A program made the position numbers and the translations under genes. A stretch of 41,209 nucleotides of DNA from an uncultured Anaerolineales bacterium (GTDB lineage Bacteria; Chloroflexota; Anaerolineae; Anaerolineales; VGOW01): assembly GCA_964431175.1 (NCBI GenBank), contig CAYSIV010000010.1:2194-43402 (forward strand), written 5' to 3'. How positions within the stretch are numbered: position 1 is the first letter of the stretch; the number at the start of each line of letters is the position of its first letter. The notes beneath the pieces are model-generated. The model saw nothing but the letters and a program-made list of their open reading frames with translations, had not been told where the DNA came from and did not search any database. Positions 16,372 to 23,171 of this stretch are shown piece after piece.

Positions 16372-16928
16372 GCCGTAGAGACCGTATGAAAGACGAAGAA
16401 CTGCAAATCCTTATCCTCGAATCTCTGACCGAGTTTTACCAGCGTCGAACGCGGCTTTTGGAAACCCTGAAATTTCGAGACGCTCTCAGGCAGGAGAATC
16501 CATATTTGCTGAGGGTGAATATGGGGCATGGTGGACCAAAGATAGTTGAGCATATCTTGTCTGCTCACCTGAGTCTATCGGATGAACGTTTCTTTGGTGA
16601 AGCTTTCCTAAAGATTGCCAGAGTTGTCTCAAAAGGCTTCGTTTCGCCCAATCAGTTTGGCTATGGTCACTTGTTTAACCAGGCATTTTGGCAGGAGATA
16701 ACAGGCGATCCGGATTTTTATCTGAAAATAATTCGATTGATGGATAATGACACAGTTAGGCAATGCCGTTATGAATTTGACAACGCATGGGCAAATGCAA
16801 ACAATCGTTGCGTTGGAGAGTTTCTCTCCGAATTTTGTAACGAGGACGGAAACATAAATTGGGAACTACTAGTGAAATCGAACAGCGGGTCAGAAAAACC
16901 GCGGAAACAAAAGAAAAAAACAGCATAA
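16368..16928 (+). CDS. Paralog of the preceding nuclease-like protein, lacking the D..ExK core
   Basis: 186 aa. Residues 41-90 align without gaps to residues 41-90 of the 282-aa protein (Q42, acidic 43, P45, aromatic 46, R49, G77, aromatic 80, A84). 'AFWQEITGDPDFY' matches 'DFWNFIGGEGTY'. The roughly 160 aa between these landmarks in the neighbour are absent here. Confidence 0.5.
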   Translation: MSRRDRMKDEELQILILESLTEFYQRRTRLLETLKFRDALRQENPYLLRVNMGHGGPKIVEHILSAHLSLSDERFFGEAFLKIARVVSKGFVSPNQFGYGHLFNQAFWQEITGDPDFYLKIIRLMDNDTVRQCRYEFDNAWANANNRCVGEFLSEFCNEDGNINWELLVKSNSGSEKPRKQKKKTA

Positions 16929-17740
16929 GAATAGCTTTATCTGACGTTGCTGTTTCTACCCTTCCCTCCCGCGAAGCCGCCCTCCTCCTCGCCCACGTCC
17001 TCGGCCAAAGCCGTGAGTGGGTGCTGGCCCATCCCGAAGCCGAACTGACGCCCGAACAGAGCGGACGCTTTGCCAAACTGATTGAACAAGCTGAACGTGG
17101 CACGCCCCTGCCTTACCTGCTAGGCCAGTGGGAATTCTTCGGTCTCAGCTTCAAAGTCACGCCCGACGTTCTCATTCCACGACCGGAAACCGAATTGCTG
17201 GTTGAAAAAGCGTTGGGGAAAACCCCAAAACCCAAAACCCCAAATTCCAAAATCGCTGACGTTGGAACCGGAAGTGGCATCATTGCCATCACGCTCGCAG
17301 TCAAACTTCCGCAAGCTCATATCATCGCCACCGACGTTTCCGTCGCCGCGCTGGAAGTAGCGCGGGCAAATGCAGTTGCTCACAGCGTGGCCGACCGGGT
17401 AAAATTCATTCATGGCGATCTGCTGGAAAGCGCGGGCAAAGTGAACCTGATTTGCGCCAACCTGCCCTACATCTCAACCGTCGAACTCACAACCCTGCCG
17501 GTCGCCAAACACGAGCCGACTCTGGCCCTCGACGGCGGCGAGGACGGTTTGCGGCTCATTGAGCGATTGCTGGCAACCGCAGGCGATCATCTTCTGCCGG
17601 ACGGCGCACTGCTGGCCGAGATTGCGGCCACACAAGGCGAAGCGGCGGCATCCCTGGCCCACCACTACTTCCCCTCAGCGCGAGTGGAAGTCTATAAGGA
17701 TTTGGCCGGACTAGATAGAGTGCTGGAAATTGAAATTTGA
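16859..17740 (+). CDS. prmC: Release-factor glutamine N5-methyltransferase (HemK/PrmC)
   Basis: 'PLPYLLGQWEFFGL', 'VLIPRPETE', motif I 'DVGTGSGIIAI' and the catalytic 'ANLPYI' (an NPPY variant) are present. The only in-frame start upstream of the conserved N-terminus is the ATG at 16859. It lies inside the island and overlaps the previous ORF by 70 nt. Confidence 0.88.
   Translation: MGTTSEIEQRVRKTAETKEKNSIRIALSDVAVSTLPSREAALLLAHVLGQSREWVLAHPEAELTPEQSGRFAKLIEQAERGTPLPYLLGQWEFFGLSFKVTPDVLIPRPETELLVEKALGKTPKPKTPNSKIADVGTGSGIIAITLAVKLPQAHIIATDVSVAALEVARANAVAHSVADRVKFIHGDLLESAGKVNLICANLPYISTVELTTLPVAKHEPTLALDGGEDGLRLIERLLATAGDHLLPDGALLAEIAATQGEAAASLAHHYFPSARVEVYKDLAGLDRVLEIEI
17215..17254. repeat. 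CCCAAAA-type periodic tract inside prmC
   Basis: GGGGAAAACCCCAAAACCCAAAACCCCAAATTCCAAAATC encodes 'GKTPKPKTPNSKI' just before motif I. An inverted relative lies at 17775-17798. Confidence 0.8.
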
Positions 17741-17774
17741 TTTGGCTCTCGCGTGCTTTTTGCGGGCTGTGCCT

Positions 17775-17798
17775 GGGATTTTGGGATTTGGGATTTTG
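17775..17798. repeat. GGGATTTT periodic tract (inverse of the 17223-17254 tract)
   Basis: GGGATTTTGGGATTTGGGATTTTG lies in the prmC-HAD intergenic gap. It generates the spurious N-terminal extension 'WDFGIWDFAF' in the ORF track. Confidence 0.8.
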
Positions 17799-17803
17799 CT
17801 TTT

Positions 17804-18616
17804 ATGATTCGTCTCGCCGCCTTCGACCTCGACGGCACGCTCGTGGGCCACGATCTGAAACTTAGCCCCCGAGTGAAGGCTGCCATAGCCCGTGCTCAGG
17901 TGCAGGGCGTTGTCATCAGCCTGGCCACCGGGCGCGGCCCTTCGCCCACCGACCAGTTCGCCGCCGAATTAAACATCACCGCGCCCCTCATCTGCTTTCA
18001 GGGCGGCATTGTGTATGACTACCGCACTCGCAAAATTCTGCACGAAACGCGCCTCGACCCTGTCGTGGTGCCCATCATCGTCCGGCTGGCCGGAGAGCGC
18101 GGCTGGAACTTGCAGTTCGAAAGCCCGGATATGATCTACCTGCCCCGCGAGTCGAATCATCCCGAAGCGCTGTTTAATTTGCTCAAGGTATCTAACTGGA
18201 AGCGGGTGGATAACTTCCTCACTGATCTGCCGGAGACGCCGCACAAGTTCATTCTCTCGGTGCACGACACCGCCGAACGCGATGCGCTGGCCGCCGAACT
18301 CAAGGCCAGTTTTGACAAAACTTTGGCCGAAATCACGGTTGTGCCGTCGCACCCTATATTGGTCGAAGGCTTGCCGCGTGGCATGAGCAAGGCGGTTGGG
18401 CTTGAGTGGCTGGCAAGCCACCTGAACATCGCTCGCCAAGAGGTACTGGCCGTGGGCGACAACGACAACGATGCCGAGATGTTGAAGTGGGCCGGGGTCG
18501 GGGTGGCCATGGGCAACAGCAGCCCCGCCGCCCGCGCCGCCGCCGACTGCATCGCGCCGCCATTGAGTGAAGATGGGGCGGCAGTGGCGCTGGAGAAATG
18601 TCTTGAAGAGAATTAA
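17804..18616 (+). CDS. Cof-type HAD-IIB family hydrolase (sugar-phosphate phosphatase-like)
   Basis: The sequence starts 'MIRLAAFDLDGTL' (DxD nucleophile motif), with 'SLATGR' and 'GDNDNDAEML' downstream. I prefer the ATG at 17804 over 17753. Confidence 0.9.
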   Translation: MIRLAAFDLDGTLVGHDLKLSPRVKAAIARAQVQGVVISLATGRGPSPTDQFAAELNITAPLICFQGGIVYDYRTRKILHETRLDPVVVPIIVRLAGERGWNLQFESPDMIYLPRESNHPEALFNLLKVSNWKRVDNFLTDLPETPHKFILSVHDTAERDALAAELKASFDKTLAEITVVPSHPILVEGLPRGMSKAVGLEWLASHLNIARQEVLAVGDNDNDAEMLKWAGVGVAMGNSSPAARAAADCIAPPLSEDGAAVALEKCLEEN

Positions 18617-18681
18617 CCGCGAAGACGCAAAGGGCGCTAAGATTTCTCTGTTTTTCTTTGCGTGCTTCGCGCCTTCGCGGT
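18616..18681. repeat. Periodic-unit hairpin element, GCGAAG/GCAAAG family
   Basis: ACCGCGAAGACGCAAAGGGCGC, a loop, then CTTTGCGTGCTTCGCGCCTTCGCGGT. It lies between the HAD stop and the tsaC start. Confidence 0.75.
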
Positions 18682-18689
18682 GAAGAAAA

Positions 18690-19316
18690 ATGAAGACCGA
18701 AGTTCTTCCCGCCGACTCGCCTGACACCTTACCTCATGCCCTCGAAGTCTTGAAGCGCGGCGGCGTGGTCGCCTTCCCGACCGACACCGTGTACGGCATT
18801 GGGGCGATGGTGTTCGACGCCGAGGCAGTGGCGCGGCTATATGTGGCGAAGGGGCGACCGCCAGAAAAAGCCATCCCTGTCCTCGTCGGCCAAACCGAGG
18901 ATGTGAGTCAGGTGGCGGCGGAGATCACCCCATCCGCAAAAAAGTTGGCTGACGCTTTCTGGCCGGGCGCGCTCACCATCACCCTCCCCAAACTTCCAGC
19001 CGTGCCGGAAATTGTCTCGACCTACCCAACCGTCGGCGTGCGCCTGCCGGATCACGCAATTGCCCGCGCTCTGCTCATCCTCACCGGCCCGCTGGCCGTC
19101 ACCAGCGCCAACCTGTCGGGCATGAACAGTCACTTGCGAGCCGGCGCCGTGTTGGCCGATCTCAAAGGCCGCATTGATTTGCTGATAGATGGCGGCTCCT
19201 GCCCTGGCGGCGTGCCTTCAACCGTCGTGGAATGCACGACCGAGCCGCCGACGATTTTGCGCCAGGGGCCGATCACGGCTGAGATGATCCAGGCCGTGTT
19301 GTCGGCAGATGCTTGA
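18690..19316 (+). CDS. tsaC: L-threonylcarbamoyladenylate synthase, short TsaC/YwlC form (Sua5/YciO/YrdC family)
   Basis: 'GGVVAFPTDTVYGIGA', 'KGRPPEKAIPVLV' and 'VTSANLSG' are present. It has the conserved prfA-prmC-ywlC neighbourhood. Confidence 0.9.
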   Translation: MKTEVLPADSPDTLPHALEVLKRGGVVAFPTDTVYGIGAMVFDAEAVARLYVAKGRPPEKAIPVLVGQTEDVSQVAAEITPSAKKLADAFWPGALTITLPKLPAVPEIVSTYPTVGVRLPDHAIARALLILTGPLAVTSANLSGMNSHLRAGAVLADLKGRIDLLIDGGSCPGGVPSTVVECTTEPPTILRQGPITAEMIQAVLSADA

Positions 19317-19363
19317 ACGTTCAACTCAATTGCGATTTATAATCAAGGCGGAGGAACAATCTC

Positions 19364-19882
19364 ATGAGACAACGCGGTGCTTTCATCCCTGGTTTGATTC
19401 TGATTGTCATTGGTGGTTGGTTTTTGGCGGCCAATCTTGGCGTGCGTTTGCCCGACCTCAGCGCGCTCTGGCCCATCTTTCCGCTGGTCGGCGGACTGGC
19501 GGCCATTTTTGATTATGTCCGAGGCGGAAGGCATGACTCTGGCAAAATCTTTGTCGGGGTTGCCGCCGTGGGGGTGGGCGTCTTCTTCTTCATGTTCACC
19601 CTGGGGCGTTTGACATGGTCACAAATGGGCGACTACTGGCCGGTGTTCGTCCTCATCGGCAGTGCCGCGTTCTTCGCCCAGTGGCTGGTCGATCCGTCAC
19701 GACGCGGCCTGCTCGTTCCAGCGACCATTACCCTCATCGTCGGCCTCATCTTCTTGCCCGAAACCCGGCGCTTCCTCAGTCCTGCCGTCAGGGATCAGCT
19801 TATTCAATTCTGGCCGCTGGCCCTCATCGTGCTTGGGTTGTTGGTCTTAGTCATGAACATTCGGCGCAGTAGCACGCCCTAA
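19364..19882 (+). CDS. Polytopic membrane protein, function unknown
   Basis: 172 aa with a GGAGGA Shine-Dalgarno upstream and about 5 hydrophobic helices. I recognise no catalytic motif. Confidence 0.6.
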   Translation: MRQRGAFIPGLILIVIGGWFLAANLGVRLPDLSALWPIFPLVGGLAAIFDYVRGGRHDSGKIFVGVAAVGVGVFFFMFTLGRLTWSQMGDYWPVFVLIGSAAFFAQWLVDPSRRGLLVPATITLIVGLIFLPETRRFLSPAVRDQLIQFWPLALIVLGLLVLVMNIRRSSTP

Positions 19883-20971
19883 ATGATCATCGGCGTTGAC
19901 GCCAGCCGGACGACGGTCGCCCGCCGCACCGGCACCGAGGCCTATTCGCTGGCGATCACCCGCGCCCTCCTCAACCTGAATTCGCCCCACCAGTGGCGGT
20001 TGTACTTTCGCGATGAACCACTTTCTGATTTATTTCCGCCGACAGAAACCCTAAGGGTCTTTAAGACCCTTAGGGTTTCGCGGCTGTGGACTCATCTCGG
20101 CATCTCGAATGAACTGCGCCGATCCGCGCCCAGCCGCCTTTTCATCCCCGCCCACGTTCTGCCCGTTTACCACCCCTGCCCGTCAGTCGTCACCATTCAC
20201 GATTTGGGCTACCTGCGCTTTCCCGACTCTCACCCGCCCGGCCAACGCCTCTATCTTGATTGGTCAACGCGCTTCAGCGCCCGCTTCGCTTCGGCCATCA
20301 TTGCCGACAGTGAAGCCACCAAACGCGACCTCGTCGAACACTATAATGTCCCGCCGGAAAAAATCAACGTCGTCTACCCCGGCTACGACAACTCGCTCAA
20401 GCCGGTGCGTCACCCCTCGCGCCGCAACCCGGTTCTTGAGAAGTACAACATCAGCCAAAACTTTCTGCTTCACGTTGGCACGATCCAGCCGCGCAAGAAT
20501 CTCGAACGGCTGATTGACGCTTACGATCCGAGCCAAATCGCGCTGGTGCTGGCCGGGCGGCGCGGCTGGCTCTCGGACTCGATTTACGAGAAGGGCAAAG
20601 CTAAAGGGGCGCTGTTTTTGGATTACGTGGCCGACGACGATTTGGCCGCCTTGTACTCGTCGGCCACGGCCTGCGTTGCGCCTTCTTTATATGAAGGCTT
20701 CGGCTTCACCGTGCTGGAGGCCATGGCTTGCGGCGCGCCCGTCATCTGCTCCGACGGCGGCTCACTGCCCGAAGTGGCCGGGGACGCCGCCGTCGTCGTC
20801 CCGGCTCATGACACTCAGGCTCTGGCCGAAGCCATTCGGCGTGTCGTCACCGATTCTGATTTGCGCCGGACGATGACCATGCAGGGCTTCCGCAACCTGG
20901 GCCGCTTCTCGTGGCGGCGCGCGGCGGAGCAGACGTTACGAGTGATTGAGTCAACTGGGTCAACGGATTGA
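19883..20971 (+). CDS. GT-B glycosyltransferase, family 1/4
   Basis: 'HVGTIQPRKN' and the C-terminal signature 'PSLYEGFGFTVLEAMACGAPVICSDGGSLPEV' are present. Confidence 0.9.
   Translation: MIIGVDASRTTVARRTGTEAYSLAITRALLNLNSPHQWRLYFRDEPLSDLFPPTETLRVFKTLRVSRLWTHLGISNELRRSAPSRLFIPAHVLPVYHPCPSVVTIHDLGYLRFPDSHPPGQRLYLDWSTRFSARFASAIIADSEATKRDLVEHYNVPPEKINVVYPGYDNSLKPVRHPSRRNPVLEKYNISQNFLLHVGTIQPRKNLERLIDAYDPSQIALVLAGRRGWLSDSIYEKGKAKGALFLDYVADDDLAALYSSATACVAPSLYEGFGFTVLEAMACGAPVICSDGGSLPEVAGDAAVVVPAHDTQALAEAIRRVVTDSDLRRTMTMQGFRNLGRFSWRRAAEQTLRVIESTGSTD
20045..20079. repeat. 35-nt near-perfect palindrome embedded in-frame in the glycosyltransferase gene
   Basis: GAAACCCTAAGGGTCTT-T-AAGACCCTTAGGGTTTC is translated as 'ETLRVFKTLRVS', which repeats TLRV. 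Confidence 0.9.
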
Positions 20972-21024
20972 ACGGATTTAGCGGATTGTTTTTAATTTAT
21001 CCGTTCAATCCGCTAAATCCGTTG
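20961..21024. repeat. Periodic-unit hairpin element, CGGATT family
   Basis: CAACGGATTGAACGGATTTAGCGGAT, a 12-nt loop, then ATCCGTTCAATCCGCTAAATCCGTTG. It spans the stop of the GT1 gene and creates the spurious 'MNGFSGLFLIYPFNPLNPL' extension of the next ORF. Confidence 0.85.
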
Positions 21025-21033
21025 ATCCTTCTT

Positions 21034-21774
21034 ATGATCGCAACCGTAAACATTCTCTCCGTTCCCGTTCACAACATCACTCAAGCCGAGACGTTGGCGC
21101 TAATTGGCGAGTTCATTGCCAGCCGCCAGCTACACCAGCTTTGCACGGCCAACCCGGAATTCGTCATGGCGGCGCAGGCCGACCCGGAGTTCATGACGAT
21201 TCTGCGCGACTCCGATCTGTGCTTGCCGGACGGCGTTGGCTTGTTGTGGGCGGCGAAGGTGCTGGGCAAGCCTTTGCGTGAGCGCGTGGCTGGCTCGGAC
21301 CTGGTTCCGGCTATTGCCGGGGAGGCGGCCAAACGAGGGTGGCGGGTGTTCTTCCTGGGAGCGGCGGAGCGTGTGGCTGATCAAACTGCGTCCATTCTCA
21401 AAGCACGTCACCCCAACTTGATCGTCGCCGGAACATGGGCCGGGTCGCCTGATCTAAAAGAAGAGGACGCCATCATCGCCCGCGTTCGCGCCGCGCGGCC
21501 CGACGTGCTGTTGGTGGCTTATGGCGCTCCGGCCCAAGACAAGTGGCTCGCCCGCAACCGCGACCGCCTGCGGGCGCCGGTGATGATGGGCGTGGGCGGC
21601 GCATTTGATTTTATTACGGGTGTGGCCGAGCGCGCCCCGCGCTGGATGCAAGGACTTGGGCTGGAATGGTTGCATCGTCTCATTCGCCAACCTTGGCGCT
21701 GGCGAAGAATGCTGGCTTTGCCAAAATTTATGTGGGCGGTTTTGCTATATAATCGTCAACGAAGGGAGACGTGA
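21034..21774 (+). CDS. WecB/TagA/CpsF-family glycosyltransferase
   Basis: 'ILSVPVHNIT', 'LCLPDGVGLLWAAK', 'FFLGA', 'LLVAYGAPAQDKW' and 'MGVGGAFDF' are present. I prefer the ATG at 21034, downstream of the repeat element. Confidence 0.9.
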   Translation: MIATVNILSVPVHNITQAETLALIGEFIASRQLHQLCTANPEFVMAAQADPEFMTILRDSDLCLPDGVGLLWAAKVLGKPLRERVAGSDLVPAIAGEAAKRGWRVFFLGAAERVADQTASILKARHPNLIVAGTWAGSPDLKEEDAIIARVRAARPDVLLVAYGAPAQDKWLARNRDRLRAPVMMGVGGAFDFITGVAERAPRWMQGLGLEWLHRLIRQPWRWRRMLALPKFMWAVLLYNRQRRET

Positions 21775-21775
21775 G

Positions 21776-22027
21776 ATGGAACTCAAGGAACTCAACGACA
21801 CCCAAAAGAAGATGCTGGCCTGGATCGAGAGAGCCGGGGCCGCCAGCCCCAGCCGCCTCTCGGCAGAGGCGGGGCTTTCGCCTAAGGAGACGTGGGGCCT
21901 GCTCAACCAGATGGCCGAGTGGGGCTACGTGGTGATCCGCGACGACCCCGACAGCGTGGACGGGGCGCTGGTGCTGGCCAACGCGCAACGGACGATGAGC
22001 CAGTTCAAGCAAATTAAACGCAAGTAG
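21776..22027 (+). CDS. Small (83-aa) putative winged-helix DNA-binding protein
   Basis: A GGGAG Shine-Dalgarno lies upstream. 'LNDTQKKMLAWIERAGAASPSRLSAEAGLSPKETWGLLNQMAEWGYVV' has a MarR/wHTH-like helix pattern. The longer ORF-track start at 21605 overlaps the previous gene. Confidence 0.5.
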   Translation: MELKELNDTQKKMLAWIERAGAASPSRLSAEAGLSPKETWGLLNQMAEWGYVVIRDDPDSVDGALVLANAQRTMSQFKQIKRK

Positions 22028-22031
22028 CGGT

Positions 22032-23114
22032 GTGAGTGATATGGAGGTCCGCAACCTTCGCCAGCCGTTTAGACTTGGCTTCGCCTGGGCGTTCTGGGGA
22101 ATTGCCCTCGGAGCGGCGGCAATTTTTATCGCTTTTCCGTTGGAGCGATTAGACCCGCCGCCGGTGGCGCTGGTGCTCTTGATTCAGGAACAGGGCCGGG
22201 CGTTGCTGGCGCTCTTGTGGCCTTTGGCCACCGCCGCCGTTCTTGGCGCGGGCGTGGGCATAACCGAGTTGTCGTCATACAAAGAGTTGTGGCGGGAGGC
22301 GATTGGCGCGCGTTGGGGCATGTACTTGATCCTGCTCAACACGGCGGTGGCAGCGCTGGCTTACGTCGCCGTTCGGGCCTACATGCCTGAGACTGATCCT
22401 TTTCTCCTGGCGATTAGCGTGGGCGTGGGCTTCCCGGCCTTGATTCGCACCAAGTTTACCCTGGTCAAGCAATTTGGCGGCGAAGGCGGCTCCGACATTG
22501 CCCTGAATCTCGGCTGGCTATACGACCAGTTTCAGAATTTTTGCCGGCAGGAAATTGACAAGGAGATCTTCACCTTTCGCCAGGTCGTCGCCAACAAGCT
22601 GATCGAACAGTATCCGACGATTCAGGAACTGTATCAGTTGGCCCTCTACACTCTCAAAACTCGCACCAACCTGCCTCTAGTCGAGGAAGAGGCGCGCCTC
22701 AAAGACTTGCAGGAGTTGATCGATCCACAGGTGCCGCCGGAAGTAGCGCGGATTAACCTGGGTCTTTTTGTGCTTGAGCTGGGCGGGGTGGGATACGTGG
22801 ATTTGCTCGTTCGGGCTAAAGCCAGGAAAGAAATTTCTCCTATGGCTTCAGCCGCCGCGCCCATTCCCTCAGCCGCCTCTGCCGGTTCGTCGGCCGAAAC
22901 CGTGGTGAAAAGACTGGTGGAATTACCGCTGGCCGATCTGGAAAAATTGGCGCTGGACTTGCTTAACTCATCCAACGACCAGGGCTGGGTGAAGCAGGCC
23001 GCTGAACCCGCGCCCGGCATCTCCGAAGTGCGCCAGAAAGCGCCCATTGCCTACTACGTCGTCTCGCATGCCGGAGAAGAAGCAGCATCGCAGGCGCTGA
23101 AGAATAGAGGTTAG
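22032..23114 (+). CDS. Membrane protein (about 4 N-terminal TM helices plus helical cytoplasmic domain), function unknown
   Basis: A 360-aa ORF with a GTG start 4 nt after the preceding stop. I recognise no motif. Confidence 0.5.
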   Translation: MSDMEVRNLRQPFRLGFAWAFWGIALGAAAIFIAFPLERLDPPPVALVLLIQEQGRALLALLWPLATAAVLGAGVGITELSSYKELWREAIGARWGMYLILLNTAVAALAYVAVRAYMPETDPFLLAISVGVGFPALIRTKFTLVKQFGGEGGSDIALNLGWLYDQFQNFCRQEIDKEIFTFRQVVANKLIEQYPTIQELYQLALYTLKTRTNLPLVEEEARLKDLQELIDPQVPPEVARINLGLFVLELGGVGYVDLLVRAKARKEISPMASAAAPIPSAASAGSSAETVVKRLVELPLADLEKLALDLLNSSNDQGWVKQAAEPAPGISEVRQKAPIAYYVVSHAGEEAASQALKNRG

Positions 23115-23169
23115 AAGTTGGAGATTGGATGTTGGACTCTTCTCCAACATCTAGCCTCCAACATCCAAA
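23111..23169. repeat. Periodic-unit hairpin element, TTGGAGATTGGA family
   Basis: TTAGAAGTTGGAGATTGGATGTTGGA, loop CTCTTC, then TCCAACATCTAGCCTCCAACATCCAAAC. The first 26 nt match the reverse complement of 30009-30034 at 24 of 26 positions. Confidence 0.85.
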
Positions 23170-23171
23170 CC

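Larger units (their letters stand above)
14254..16950 (+). other. Low-GC three-gene insertion island between prfA and prmC
   Basis: Spot counts of 60-nt lines give 38-47% GC inside (for example 15541-15600 and 14761-14820) versus about 65% in prfA (13561-13620). Every junction is a 4-nt overlap or a direct abutment. No integrase or flanking direct repeats were seen. Confidence 0.7.

Noticed and set aside
19313-19343. A sigma70-like promoter, TTGAAC-N19-TATAAT, upstream of the 19364 membrane-protein gene.
   Set aside because: The 19-nt spacer is longer than the optimum. The predicted transcription start would fall almost on the Shine-Dalgarno. The -35 hexamer lies inside the tsaC stop region. 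It is too weak to report as a feature.
20049-20077. TTAGGG/CCCTAA telomere-like hexamers inside the glycosyltransferase palindrome, and CCCAAAA tracts in prmC.
   Set aside because: Each hexamer is a single copy within a larger palindrome or periodic tract, inside a bacterial operon. The resemblance to eukaryotic telomere repeats looks coincidental.
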